The translations under genes and the position numbers were made by a program. Shown one piece after another: positions 9,400-19,776 of a DNA stretch of 64,000 nucleotides. Every line of letters starts with the position of its first letter. Position 1 is the stretch's first letter. A model generated the notes under the pieces. It made no database searches and had not been told where the DNA came from. It saw nothing but the letters and a program-made list of their open reading frames with translations. The DNA is from an uncultured Gammaproteobacteria bacterium (lineage in GTDB: Bacteria; Pseudomonadota; Gammaproteobacteria; Eutrophobiales; Eutrophobiaceae): contig CALSOP010000008.1 in the NCBI GenBank assembly GCA_943788005.1, positions 129,463 through 193,462 of the forward strand, given 5' to 3'.

Positions 9400-10475
9400 C
9401 ACGACCATCAAGGGTTGTCATTGATAAACAGGCACTGAAACACAATCTCCAACGAGTAAGGGAATTAGCTCCCCATTCAAAAATTATGGCGATCATCAAG
9501 GCCGATGCTTATGGACATGGCTTGGTCAGAGTTGCTAATACCCTCAGCAGCGCAGATGCATTTGGCGTTGCCTGTCTGGAAGAAGCCGAACAGTTACGGT
9601 CTGCATCGATTACAACTCCCATAGTCTTGCTTGAAGGCCCACACAAGGCAGTTGATTTAACAGCAATCGCTCAATTGCAACTTGAAGTAATAATCCATAA
9701 CGAATTTCAGTTAGATATATTAGAACAAGCTAGGCTAGATAAACCACTTCAAGTTTGGGTGAAAATAGATACCGGCATGCACCGGCTTGGGTTTCCGCTA
9801 GAGAATGTTGCAGAAGTATTGAAGCGCGTCGAAAACTGTAAGAATATAAAATCTTCGTTTCGATTGATGACACACCTTGCTACTGCTAATGAAAATGACA
9901 ACCCATTAACCAAACAACAATTAGATAATTTTAAACAAGTTTGTTTTGGCTTAGATGTAGAAAAAACTATTGCTAATTCTGCAGCAGTAATCAATTTTCC
10001 AGAGATGCATGATGAATGGATACGTCCAGGCTTAATGCTCTATGGTGTTTCACCCATGACTGACAGACATGCACGGGAACTGAGATTAAAACCGGTGATG
10101 ACATTAGAATCAGAATTGATCTCAATTCAAAGATTAAAAAAAGGTGAGCCAGTAGGTTATGGCGCAACCTGGCGTTGTCCTGAAGACATGCCTGTCGGTG
10201 TTGTAGCAGCAGGTTACGGTGACGGATTTCCTCGTCATGCCAAGTCAGGCACGCCAGTACTTGTTAATGGTGTTCGTTGTGCGTTAATAGGTCGTGCCTC
10301 AATGGATATGTTGACTATCGATCTGAGAAACCAGTCGCAGGCCAAGATTGGTGACAGGGTTGTCTTATGGGGAGAGTCTTTACCTGTAGAAGAAATTGCG
10401 GAGCACGCCGATACCATTCCCTATGAATTGTTATGTGGTGTGCATAAGCGACTAGAGTTTATTGAACGTGGCTAA
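9396..10475 (+). CDS. alr: Alanine racemase
   Basis: The PLP-lysine motif (IKADAYGHG) and conserved dnaB-alr synteny. Confidence 0.9.
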   Translation: MTRPSRVVIDKQALKHNLQRVRELAPHSKIMAIIKADAYGHGLVRVANTLSSADAFGVACLEEAEQLRSASITTPIVLLEGPHKAVDLTAIAQLQLEVIIHNEFQLDILEQARLDKPLQVWVKIDTGMHRLGFPLENVAEVLKRVENCKNIKSSFRLMTHLATANENDNPLTKQQLDNFKQVCFGLDVEKTIANSAAVINFPEMHDEWIRPGLMLYGVSPMTDRHARELRLKPVMTLESELISIQRLKKGEPVGYGATWRCPEDMPVGVVAAGYGDGFPRHAKSGTPVLVNGVRCALIGRASMDMLTIDLRNQSQAKIGDRVVLWGESLPVEEIAEHADTIPYELLCGVHKRLEFIERG

Positions 10476-11841
10476 GCCAAAAATTCAATTTCAATGTAAT
10501 GAATGTGGTGCTGAGACCCCAAAGTGGGTTGGTCAGTGCCCTGAGTGTATGGCATGGAATACACTTCAGGAAAGTTTAGTTGAAAAGAAAACGGCATCTA
10601 ACTCTAGCCGTTTTCGTGAGCATCTTGCCGGGCCATCAGAAGTTTGTTCTCTTGATTCTGTTGAAATGTCGGAGACTCCGAGACAAGCAACTGGATTAGC
10701 CGAATTGGATCGTGTCATGGGTGGTGGTCTTGTCAATGGATCAGTGACATTAATTGGTGGTGATCCTGGTATCGGTAAATCAACCTTGTTATTACAGACA
10801 TTAGCTTGTTTGGACAGTGCCTCTGGCGTGCCAAGTTTATATGTGACGGGTGAAGAATCTGCACAACAGGTAGGACTGCGTGGTAAGCGTTTAGGGTTGT
10901 CTTTAGGTTCTTTACGAATTTTAACCGAGAATCATCTCGAACGAATTTTGAATGTTGCCAGTAAAGAAAAAGCGAAAGTGATCGTTATAGACTCAATTCA
11001 AACTGTCTATAGTGATATGTTGCAATCTGCGCCGGGATCAGTCGCACAAGTAAGGGAATGTGCTGCGCAATTAGTTCGATTTGCAAAGCAAACCGATACA
11101 GCATTATTTTTGGTTGGACATGTTACTAAAGAGGGTGCATTAGCAGGCCCAAGAGTATTAGAGCACATGGTCGATACGGTGCTTTACTTTGAGGGTGATA
11201 GTAGCAGTCGTTATCGTGTCGTTCGCACTGTTAAAAATCGCTATGGCGCAGTTAATGAGCTAGGCATTTTTGCCATGACCGATAAAGGCTTAAGAGAAGT
11301 CTCTAACCCATCGGCTATATTTTTATCGCGTCACGATGATCAAGTCTCAGGTAGTGCCATCATGGTAACAAGGGAAGGGACTCGACCGATGCTAGTTGAA
11401 GTGCAGGCGTTGGTTGATCAATCGCATCTAGGTAACCCTCGGCGTGTTGCTCTCGGACTCGAACAAAATAGACTGGCAATGTTACTCGCCGTGCTACATC
11501 GTCACGCTGGGATATCCATGAGTGACCAAGATGTATTTATTAATGTTGTTGGTGGTGTCCGAATCGCCGAGACAGCAGCAGATTTACCATTGCTACTGGC
11601 AATAATTTCGAGCTTCAAAAATAAACCGCTTCCCAATAATATGGTGATGTTTGGTGAGGTAGGTTTGTCTGGCGAGATCCGACCTGTTCAAAACGGCATG
11701 GAAAGATTAAATGAAGCTGCTAAACATGGTTTTAAACAATCACTGATCCCAATAGCAAACAATCCGAAAGTAGCTGTACCTGACATGGATATTCAAACTG
11801 TGACACATGTTTCTCAGGTGATGGAAAAAGTAGGTCTATAA
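10468..11841 (+). CDS. radA: DNA repair protein RadA/Sms
   Basis: A C4 zinc finger (CNECG...CPEC), Walker A GDPGIGKST, the KNRYG motif and a Lon-like C-terminus. The GTG at 10468 gives the usual MAKPK N-terminus, whereas the track uses the TTG at 10462. Confidence 0.9.
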   Translation: MAKPKIQFQCNECGAETPKWVGQCPECMAWNTLQESLVEKKTASNSSRFREHLAGPSEVCSLDSVEMSETPRQATGLAELDRVMGGGLVNGSVTLIGGDPGIGKSTLLLQTLACLDSASGVPSLYVTGEESAQQVGLRGKRLGLSLGSLRILTENHLERILNVASKEKAKVIVIDSIQTVYSDMLQSAPGSVAQVRECAAQLVRFAKQTDTALFLVGHVTKEGALAGPRVLEHMVDTVLYFEGDSSSRYRVVRTVKNRYGAVNELGIFAMTDKGLREVSNPSAIFLSRHDDQVSGSAIMVTREGTRPMLVEVQALVDQSHLGNPRRVALGLEQNRLAMLLAVLHRHAGISMSDQDVFINVVGGVRIAETAADLPLLLAIISSFKNKPLPNNMVMFGEVGLSGEIRPVQNGMERLNEAAKHGFKQSLIPIANNPKVAVPDMDIQTVTHVSQVMEKVGL

Positions 11842-11967
11842 TATTGCAACAAAGATAACGATTTAGTGATGGAGTTCATCTTCTAATTATGGGTATTATT
11901 TAGTGTCTGTACGTCGTCAAAACCTTTTGGACAGGTAGCGGTTTGATTTAAGAGACACATTAGTTCA

Positions 11968-12966
11968 TCAATAGGTTATGTGCTTCACTTGTTGTTTATC
12001 GTAATGCATTTGTCGTCTCATCGCTAACGTGTTTTGTTTGATTAGCTCTCGTTGACTTAGTATTTCTTCGCCACGCCCATAAAAGACATCAGCCGGTGTC
12101 AGGTTATCAAGTGATTCATGATAACGCTCATGGTTGTAATAACTCACAAAACGCTGCAACTGTTCCTCCAGTTCCCCGGGGAAATAATAGTGGTGAAGTA
12201 ATATCTGATTCTTCATTGAACGATGCCAGCGCTCTATCTTGCCTTGTGTTTGTGGATGATAAGGTCGACCTCGAGTGTGCGTCATACCGTTTTCTTCAAG
12301 GTAATCGGCTAATTCACCGGAGATATAACACGGGCCATTGTCACTGAGTAAACGCGGTTTATGATTTACCTTTACTGTATCAAGTCCCGTAAAGCGTAAG
12401 GCGTCATCCAGCGTATCAGAGACATCACGGCTACTCATGCCCGTACATAAACGCCAGGCAATAATGTAACGTGAGTAATCATCTAATACCGTGGATAAGT
12501 AATACCAACCCCAACCGATAATCTTGAAATAGGTAAAATCCGTTTGCCACATCTCATTCACGCGCGTAGTGGGCTGTTGAAACTTATCACTGGCCTCCAT
12601 CAGGATATAGGCCGGACTGGTAATTAAGTCTTGTTCTTTCAGCAGCCTGTACACCGTGGATTCTGAGACGAAGTAAGCCTTGTTGTCAGTGTAATTTACG
12701 GCTAACTCTCGTGGAGACAAATCAGGCTTCTCTAAGGCTAACTCAATAACGGCTTCACAGTGGTCTTCGGTGATTTTATTCCATACCGCATGGGGAATCG
12801 GCTTCTTGTCTTCCAAGCCATCAACGCCATTCTCTTCATAACGTTTGAGCCAGTTGTAAAAAGTGGACTTATGAATGTCCAGCCGAGTCAGCGTTTGTCG
12901 AACCGACAGATCTGAGTTCTGTACCAGTTGAATAATCTCGACTTTATCCGATGCTAAGTACCTCAT
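11968..12966 (-). CDS. IS3-family transposase OrfB (rve/DDE integrase core)
   Basis: 332 aa with an N-terminal HTH, a DDE core and YHPQTQGKIERWHRSMK. Confidence 0.9.
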   Translation of the reverse strand: MRYLASDKVEIIQLVQNSDLSVRQTLTRLDIHKSTFYNWLKRYEENGVDGLEDKKPIPHAVWNKITEDHCEAVIELALEKPDLSPRELAVNYTDNKAYFVSESTVYRLLKEQDLITSPAYILMEASDKFQQPTTRVNEMWQTDFTYFKIIGWGWYYLSTVLDDYSRYIIAWRLCTGMSSRDVSDTLDDALRFTGLDTVKVNHKPRLLSDNGPCYISGELADYLEENGMTHTRGRPYHPQTQGKIERWHRSMKNQILLHHYYFPGELEEQLQRFVSYYNHERYHESLDNLTPADVFYGRGEEILSQRELIKQNTLAMRRQMHYDKQQVKHITY

Positions 12967-13325
12967 ATATCGTCCTCCCCATCCCCGAGCACGCTTTTTT
13001 TAAGCAGCCGATTCTCCATGACTACTTCGCCTAAGGTTTCTTTCAGCGCAGATGTTTCAGCACGCAGTTCTTTGACTTCATCTGAGGTCGCTTCACGTAC
13101 GATATCGCCTGATAAACGTTTCTTACCTGCCTCCAGAAAGTCTTTCGACCAACGGTAGTAAACATTTGGGTTTAGTCCTTCCTTGCGACATAGCTCAGCG
13201 ATGCTTTCTTCGCCACGTAAGCCTTCAAGTACGATACGAATTTTTTCTTCTGCTGAATATTTTTTACGGGTGCGTCGACGAATATCGCGCACAGTATGTT
13301 CTACACTTCTTTTACTTGTCATCAT
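12963..13325 (-). CDS. IS3-family transposase OrfA (HTH_Tnp_1 plus leucine zipper)
   Basis: 120 aa. YSAEEKIRIVLE...ELCRKEGLNPNVYYRWSKDF is typical of IS3/IS911 OrfA. Confidence 0.9.
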   Translation of the reverse strand: MMTSKRSVEHTVRDIRRRTRKKYSAEEKIRIVLEGLRGEESIAELCRKEGLNPNVYYRWSKDFLEAGKKRLSGDIVREATSDEVKELRAETSALKETLGEVVMENRLLKKSVLGDGEDDI

Positions 13326-13408
13326 CGTTTCCTCTTGGGTTAACGATGAACTAAAACTATCTCTTAGACAATCAGGCTAGTTGGTCCACATGGTGCTGAC
13401 GGGGTACA

Positions 13409-14073
13409 GTAATGAGATTGGACGTGTTTGTAAGGCGATGGATGTTGATAGCCATGAAGTCATGAGTATCTTCTGTAAAGACACTAAATTAAATCTCTCT
13501 CCATACTATTTAATGCCTGGTTTCGCTTATGGTGGTTCTTGTTTACCTAAAGATACGCGAGGTATAAATCATCTTGCAACATCACTCGGTGTGAATATTC
13601 CAGTTATTAAAAATATCATGAAGAGCAATGAAACTCATATCGCACATGCTAAAAGCATGATTGAGATGATGCCGGGCAAACGCGTTGGTTTTCTGGGTAT
13701 CACTTTCAAGGCAGGTACAGATGACCTTCGTGAAAGTCCTGCGGTTGAATTAGTGAAACAATTGTCCGATGACGATTATAAAATGAAGATCTTCGACCCT
13801 AATTTCACTCCAACGCCATTGCATGATACTGACCATACTCAAACAAAGATGAATGATGTGGGTACGATGTTATCAACCATGTCGACTAAAGACGGGATGT
13901 CTTTGTTAACGGATTGCGACATGTTGGTTATTACGCATAACGACGAATCGTTTAAAGAGATTATTAAAAAAGCTAAGGGCAATATGCCAGTAATCGATTT
14001 AGTGCGTATGGAAAAAACATTAACCAGTCCAGAACAAATCAGCGGCATTTGCTGGCAAGGAGAACTAACATGA
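13409..14073 (+). pseudogene. GDP-mannose 6-dehydrogenase (AlgD-like), 5'-truncated by the IS
   Basis: Homology starts exactly at the IS boundary. NEIGRVCKAMDVD..KLNLSPYYLMPGFAYGGSCLPKD..FKAGTDDLRESP..GICW matches the C-terminal half of AlgD. The N-terminal Rossmann half is absent. Confidence 0.75.
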
Positions 14074-15446
14074 AAAACGCACATAAATTACATTGGTCTA
14101 TACTACGTGAGTACGATATCCGCGGTGTTATTGGAGAGACACTAACGATGGATGATGCTTATGCTATTGGTCGTGCTTTTGGCACGATGGTGTCTCGCAA
14201 CCTCGGTAAGACGGTTACTGTAGGTTACGATGGCCGCATTAGCTCACCTGAAGTCGAGTCTTCTTTAACACAAGGTTTGGTTGATAGTGGTATAGCGGCT
14301 ATCCGTATCAGTTTGGGGCCGACACCAATGGTGTATTTTGCCTCAAAGATTTTGAATACTGACGGCGCCATCATGATTACCGGTTCACATAACCCGGCAA
14401 ACTATAATGGTTTTAAAATGGTTATGGATAACAAACCGTTTTACGGAAAAGATATCCAGAAGCTTGGCAAGATAGCTGCAACAGGCGATTACGAATGTGG
14501 CAAAGGTTTTACTGTCTATAGTAGCGTGATAGAGGAATACATTAATCGCCTTGGTGATGATTACGTCGGTGAAAAAGAATTAAAAGTCGCTTGGGATGCC
14601 GGTAATGGTGCGACAGGACCTTTTATACATGCATTGACGCGACATATACCTGGTGAACATATCGTAATAAATTCAAAGATTGATGGCACATTTCCGAATC
14701 ACCACCCTGATCCAACTGTTCCAGAAAATTTAGTTCAGTTACAAGAAGTAGTGAAAAAAGAAAAGTGTGACTTAGGTATTGCCTTTGATGGTGATGGTGA
14801 TCGGCTTGGTGTTATTGATAGTCAGGGCCGAATTATCTGGGGTGATCAGTTAATGAGCATCTATTCCGAAGATGTATTAAAAGATAATCCAGGCGCTACA
14901 ATCATTGCTGATGTTAAGTCGAGTGATTTCTTATTTGAAGATATTACTAGCAAAGGCGGTAACGCTATCATGTGGCGCACAGGACATTCATTAATCAAAG
15001 AAAAGATGTCTGAAACAGGAGCATTACTTGCGGGAGAGATGAGTGGACATGTTTTCTTTAACGATAAGTATTATGGTTATGATGACGCACTCTATGCGGC
15101 ACTAAGATTAATCAGCATACTGTCCAGAAGTGACAAAACACTCGCAGAAATTAAAGACGCTATGCCTGCTATGGTAAATACCCCTGAATTGCGTTTTCAA
15201 TGTGACGATGAAATTAAATTTCAGATTGTTGATGACGTAAAAGCCCGCCTAATCAAATCCGGTATAAAGATTAATTCGCTAGATGGTGTGCGCGTTAATT
15301 CAGATGAGGGTTGGTGGTTGTTACGCGCTTCTAATACGCAAGATGTTCTAGTCGCACGTTGTGAAGCGAGTAATGATGAAGATTTGGATTTACTAAAGAG
15401 GACTGTTTTTGATCAGCTTAAACAAAGTGGTGTTCATGCCGCTTGA
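14070..15446 (+). CDS. Phosphomannomutase/phosphoglucomutase (AlgC/ManB family)
   Basis: The active-site motif TGSHNP, the Mg loop FDGDGDR and the sugar loop GEMSGH. AAGGAG precedes the ATG at 14070. Confidence 0.85.
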   Translation: MKNAHKLHWSILREYDIRGVIGETLTMDDAYAIGRAFGTMVSRNLGKTVTVGYDGRISSPEVESSLTQGLVDSGIAAIRISLGPTPMVYFASKILNTDGAIMITGSHNPANYNGFKMVMDNKPFYGKDIQKLGKIAATGDYECGKGFTVYSSVIEEYINRLGDDYVGEKELKVAWDAGNGATGPFIHALTRHIPGEHIVINSKIDGTFPNHHPDPTVPENLVQLQEVVKKEKCDLGIAFDGDGDRLGVIDSQGRIIWGDQLMSIYSEDVLKDNPGATIIADVKSSDFLFEDITSKGGNAIMWRTGHSLIKEKMSETGALLAGEMSGHVFFNDKYYGYDDALYAALRLISILSRSDKTLAEIKDAMPAMVNTPELRFQCDDEIKFQIVDDVKARLIKSGIKINSLDGVRVNSDEGWWLLRASNTQDVLVARCEASNDEDLDLLKRTVFDQLKQSGVHAA

Positions 15447-15493
15447 TAATTATAAATACATTTTTTAAATTATTTAAATCTACCTTTACTTTT

Positions 15494-15523
15494 GCCTGGA
15501 CTAATTATCCAGGCATGTTTTTT
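15494..15523 (+). terminator. Rho-independent terminator after the phosphomannomutase gene
   Basis: gcctgga-ctaatta-tccaggc followed by atgtttttt. Confidence 0.5.
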
Positions 15524-15565
15524 GTCATTGAGTATTGATAAATTATGGGTCTTGAGAGTAATAGC

Positions 15566-15943
15566 TCACTGAGAAAGCATATTCCTTATATCTCTATCAA
15601 GTATGTGCTCGTCACCAAGATTCAGCTCGACTAAACGTTTAAGAATTGACACACTTTCAAGGTCAATGCTGACGCATTGAAAACCCAAGGTTTCATTTTT
15701 GATATGAACTTGTTTAACATTCATATTGATAATTGAATCATGATCTTCTAATACAACGCTTATATCGAATTCATCATTATCACTGTGATTCCAGTTTTTA
15801 GGTCTCGTGACAAGTACACCTTTTAACGAAATATCGATTAGCTTTGAAGCCCAATCACCATCATCGCCGTGTAAAGTCACAGGAGCGTCAAAGGCAATGC
15901 GATTAAATTGACGTTTATCTGTGTAAATCGCTTGAATACTCAT
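15566..15943 (-). CDS. Stand-alone PilZ-domain (c-di-GMP-binding) protein
   Basis: KRQFNR (RxxxR-like) and DISLKG (DxSxxG) motifs at the spacing expected for PilZ. Confidence 0.7.
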   Translation of the reverse strand: MSIQAIYTDKRQFNRIAFDAPVTLHGDDGDWASKLIDISLKGVLVTRPKNWNHSDNDEFDISVVLEDHDSIINMNVKQVHIKNETLGFQCVSIDLESVSILKRLVELNLGDEHILDRDIRNMLSQ

Positions 15944-16069
15944 GCTTGTCTCCAGTCTGATTTAATCCAAAGAGCGTGTTATCACTCTTGCTGTTTGAGT
16001 GCATAACCATCATCTGTACGGCTTTGCACTTGCAACAGATAGCAATGCAAAATTCAGACCGAATGAAAA

Positions 16070-17350
16070 TTATTCGTTACTTTCTAGAGTTTCATCAAGC
16101 ATCTTTAGACGTGCCATTTTTACTGCATTTTCAGAGACTTGTGTGATTTCTACAAGGTAATTGTCGATTTTTAAAGTGGTGCCTGATTCCGGGATAAATT
16201 CCAGATGTTCTAACAACAGTCCATTTAAAGTTTTGGGTCCATCAGTAGGCAGGCTCCATCTCAATTGACGGTTTATTTCACGCAGATGAACTGAACAGTC
16301 AATTAGGTAGAATTTATCTTCTTGGCTTTGAATATCAAGATTATGAGTTTGCATGTCTGTCGTAAATTCTCCGACAATCTCTTCCAGTATATCTTCCAGT
16401 GTTACCAAGCCCTGTATGACACCATATTCATCAACAACTATCCCAAAGCGACGCTTATTGCGTTGAAAATTCATCATCTGAGTATGCAAAGGTGTGCCCT
16501 TGGGGACGAAATAACTATCGATCAAAATTTCTTTGATAGCCTCATGGGTAAGCTCATTTTTATCTGTCATGAGCCGAGCTATACGCCGTAGATGTATCAC
16601 TCCGACAATATTATCGATGTTAGATTGGTACACCGGTAAGCGAGTGTGCTGGCAATGGCTTAGTTGTTCTATTATTTCATTAATGGGATCGTCTAGGTCG
16701 ATGGCAGCAACTTCATTCCTGGGTACCATGATGTCATCAACAGTTACATTTTCCAGTTCCAGAATATTGATCAACATGCGCCGATGACGCTGTGGTATCA
16801 AGTGTCCGGCTTCCAATACGACAGTTCTTAACTCTTCCCGTGACAGGTGACCATCTCCTTGGTCATCTAAGCTAATTCCAATCAGGCCTAATAAGCCATT
16901 TGAAACCCAATTTATTAGCCAGACTGCTGGATATGCTAGTTTCATCATCGGTGCAAGGATGTAACTAGCAGGAAATGCAATGAGCTCAGGTTTAAGCGCG
17001 GCTATTGTCTTTGGCATTACTTCCGCGAAGATTAAAAACACCATTACCAACACGATAGGCGCTAATGCGACACCTAAATCACCCAATAAACGAATCCCTA
17101 CCAGCGTTGCTATTGAGGCGGCCATGAAGTTAACCAGGTTATTTCCAAGTAGAATAAGACCAATAAGGCGGTCAGGTCTTGCCAGAAGCTTTTCAGAAAT
17201 AATTGCGCTACGTTTACCCTCTTTTGCCAAATGCCTTAGACGATAACGGTTTAAGGCTATCATGGCGGTTTCTGAGCTGGAGAAAAATGCAGAAAAAATA
17301 ACTAAAAAGAATAGGGTTCCTAATAGAACCGATACCGGAATGTCGTCCAA
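16070..17350 (-). CDS. HlyC/CorC-family transporter (DUF21, CBS pair, CorC_HlyC)
   Basis: 426 aa with an N-terminal 4-TM DUF21, a central CBS pair and a C-terminal CorC domain. Confidence 0.8.
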   Translation of the reverse strand: MDDIPVSVLLGTLFFLVIFSAFFSSSETAMIALNRYRLRHLAKEGKRSAIISEKLLARPDRLIGLILLGNNLVNFMAASIATLVGIRLLGDLGVALAPIVLVMVFLIFAEVMPKTIAALKPELIAFPASYILAPMMKLAYPAVWLINWVSNGLLGLIGISLDDQGDGHLSREELRTVVLEAGHLIPQRHRRMLINILELENVTVDDIMVPRNEVAAIDLDDPINEIIEQLSHCQHTRLPVYQSNIDNIVGVIHLRRIARLMTDKNELTHEAIKEILIDSYFVPKGTPLHTQMMNFQRNKRRFGIVVDEYGVIQGLVTLEDILEEIVGEFTTDMQTHNLDIQSQEDKFYLIDCSVHLREINRQLRWSLPTDGPKTLNGLLLEHLEFIPESGTTLKIDNYLVEITQVSENAVKMARLKMLDETLESNE

Positions 17351-17435
17351 AAAATGCTAACCTCAATTGTGACCAGTGGGTATTGTGCTGGATCCCCCCG
17401 TACCTATGTCAAGTTATAGCGTGAATTATCTGCGC

Positions 17436-18242
17436 TTAAACGCGCTGTAGTACGACTTCAAGGACGAATTTTGAGCCGAAGTAGGCGAGTAATAATGCTG
17501 TGAAACCACCTAAGGTCCAGCGGATGATTTGTTTTCCACGCCAGCCCGCTGACCAGCGGCCCCAAAGTAAAATCGCATAGATGACCCAAGCTACCATCGA
17601 TAATATGGTTTTATGTGCCAGATGTTGGGCAAAGATGTCATCAATAAACATTGTTCCGGAGGCAAGACTAAGGCTCAACATGAAAAAACCGATGACGATA
17701 ATTTGTACAAGTAGAACCTCCATTACCTGCAGAGGAGGTAGTGTGTTCATGATAATAGAGGCATGTTTTTCCTTAATCAGCTTTTCTTGTACGGCGAGCA
17801 TAATCGCCTGAACAGCGCTAATCATTAATAAACTGTAGGCGCAGATAGATAACAAAATATGAATGCGCAAACCCACTGTTAAGGATTCACTCAACAGGCG
17901 TTGATCCGGTATAAAAAGCTCGAGCAAAATAGCTAAGCCAGCGGCTGGAAAGAGTATCAAGAGCAGATTTTCCAACGGGCGTAACAAGGAAGACAGCAAT
18001 ACGATTAATGCGACTAGCCAGCTTACCAACGAAATAGCGTTGAAAAATCCAAAATCAAATCCACTACCTAAAATAATCGACTGATATAGTAAGTGACCAT
18101 GTAAAACAATGCCGATAGCGCCTGATATCAGCGCGATTGCTCGTCGCTTGTTAAATAATTCTGACGACGTAATTATTCTGGCACCTAGCAGGCAAGTCGA
18201 TGTCAGGTAAAGAAATACAGCTGCAATAGCTTGAAGACTCAT
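17436..18242 (-). CDS. Cytochrome c assembly-family inner-membrane protein (YpjD-like)
   Basis: 268-aa polytopic protein with a Trp-rich C-terminal region. It is divergent from ffh, as ypjD is in enterics. Confidence 0.65.
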   Translation of the reverse strand: MSLQAIAAVFLYLTSTCLLGARIITSSELFNKRRAIALISGAIGIVLHGHLLYQSIILGSGFDFGFFNAISLVSWLVALIVLLSSLLRPLENLLLILFPAAGLAILLELFIPDQRLLSESLTVGLRIHILLSICAYSLLMISAVQAIMLAVQEKLIKEKHASIIMNTLPPLQVMEVLLVQIIVIGFFMLSLSLASGTMFIDDIFAQHLAHKTILSMVAWVIYAILLWGRWSAGWRGKQIIRWTLGGFTALLLAYFGSKFVLEVVLQRV

Positions 18243-18406
18243 AGTTCAATATTATCTATGGGGATAAGTAGATGATTGCATATTCTGACGGGCTGTAGAA
18301 GTGTTGATTCTATTGCAAACATGCGAATGATTTTTTTATGTTATTGGATTAATAAGTTAGAATAACCGACTATTTTACTAAAATGAAATGATGAATCTAA
18401 AACACT

Positions 18407-19774
18407 ATGTTTGATGCACTTTCCGATAAATTAACCCGGGTTTTTAAAGACCTACGTGGCCATGGCCGTCTAAGTGAAGAGAATATCAGTGCTGGCCTAC
18501 GTGAAGTGCGTATGGCGCTGCTTGAAGCCGATGTCGCCTTGCCAGTTGTGCGTGATTTTATCCAGCATGTCCGTGATAGATCCTTGGATAAAGAAGTAGT
18601 CACCAGTCTCACCCCTGGACAAGCACTGATTAAGATCGTTAATGAAGAGTTGGTTTCCCTCATGGGAGAAAGCAACGAGCCATTAAATCTCAAAGCACAG
18701 CCGCCTGCCGTCATTCTTCTGGCGGGATTACAAGGCGCAGGTAAAACGACCACCGCTGCAAAATTGGGTCGTTGGATTAAACTAAAAGAAAATAAAAAAG
18801 TCGCTGTAGTGAGTTGCGATGTATATCGACCAGCGGCTATTAAACAATTACAGACTTTGGCAAATGAAAATGATTTAGTCTGGATAGAAAGCAAGGAAAC
18901 TGAAAATCCGGCTATCATCGCTGCCAATGCGGTAGATACAGCCAGACGTCAGCTTATAGATGTACTCATTGTTGATAGTGCAGGGCGCTTGCATATCGAT
19001 GATGAGATGATGCAAGAAATTCAAACTGTGCATGACAAGATAATGCCAGTCGAGACTTTGTTCGTTATCGATAGCATGATGGGGCAAGATGCCGTAAATG
19101 CAGCAGCTGCATTTAATAACGCATTACCACTAACTGGCACTATCTTGACCAAGACTGATGGCGACGCACGTGGTGGTGCAGCATTAACCGTCAAGCATGT
19201 CACTGGAAAGCCAATTAAATTTATTGGTACTGGTGAAAAAAGTGATGCATTAACGCCATTTCATCCAGAACGTATTGCTTCACGAATATTAGGCATGGGT
19301 GACGTTCTGAGTCTGATTGAAGAAGTAGAAGAAAAAACAGATCAAAAACAAGCCCTTAAATTAGCCAAGAAACTCAAGACTGGAAAAGGTTTTAATCTGG
19401 AAGACTTTCGTGACCAATTAAAACAAATGAGTGGTATGGGGGGAATTGCTGGCTTGATGGATAAAATACCGGGAATGTCACAATTGCCGCCCGGTGCAGC
19501 TGCCCAAGTTAATGATAAGGAGTTTGTTAAATTAGGTGCGATTATTGATTCAATGACGCGCAAGGAACGAGTCGACCCCACGATTATTAATGGCTCACGC
19601 AAAAAACGCATTGCATCGGGTTCTGGCACACAAATTCAAGACATCAATAAACTGCTAAAACAATTTAAACAAATGCAAAAGATGATGAAAAAAATGACTG
19701 GCAAAGGCGGCATGCAGAAGATGCTGCGCGGGATGGGCGGCAATATGCCTCCACCGGGGATGCCATTTAAATAA
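18407..19774 (+). CDS. ffh: Signal recognition particle protein Ffh
   Basis: An NG domain (GLQGAGKTTT, DSAGR, TKTDGDARGG) and a Met-rich M domain. Confidence 0.95.
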   Translation: MFDALSDKLTRVFKDLRGHGRLSEENISAGLREVRMALLEADVALPVVRDFIQHVRDRSLDKEVVTSLTPGQALIKIVNEELVSLMGESNEPLNLKAQPPAVILLAGLQGAGKTTTAAKLGRWIKLKENKKVAVVSCDVYRPAAIKQLQTLANENDLVWIESKETENPAIIAANAVDTARRQLIDVLIVDSAGRLHIDDEMMQEIQTVHDKIMPVETLFVIDSMMGQDAVNAAAAFNNALPLTGTILTKTDGDARGGAALTVKHVTGKPIKFIGTGEKSDALTPFHPERIASRILGMGDVLSLIEEVEEKTDQKQALKLAKKLKTGKGFNLEDFRDQLKQMSGMGGIAGLMDKIPGMSQLPPGAAAQVNDKEFVKLGAIIDSMTRKERVDPTIINGSRKKRIASGSGTQIQDINKLLKQFKQMQKMMKKMTGKGGMQKMLRGMGGNMPPPGMPFK

Positions 19775-19776
19775 GA

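Larger units (their letters stand above)
11908..13408 (-). mobile_element. IS3-family insertion sequence, copy 1 (1501 bp)
   Basis: TG...CA termini with imperfect terminal inverted repeats (TGTACGTCGTCA.. and TGTACCCCGTCA..). The orfA and orfB translations are identical to the copy at 34230-35730. Confidence 0.9.

Noticed and set aside
13166-13380. Small ORFs antisense to IS orfA (also 34258-34472), and ORF starts at 13381 and 34257 reading out of the IS ends
   Set aside because: They are duplicated only because the IS is duplicated. The MVHMVLTGYS prefix is IS terminal-repeat sequence fused in frame to unrelated flanking genes.
18397-18927. 176-aa antisense ORF inside ffh, with similar long antisense ORFs at 43999-44418, 54400-54831, 26977-27384 and 7067-7471
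   Set aside because: Each lies fully within a confidently identified gene on the other strand. Their compositions are odd (Ser/Arg/Cys-rich or hydrophobic junk) and none has a motif or RBS.
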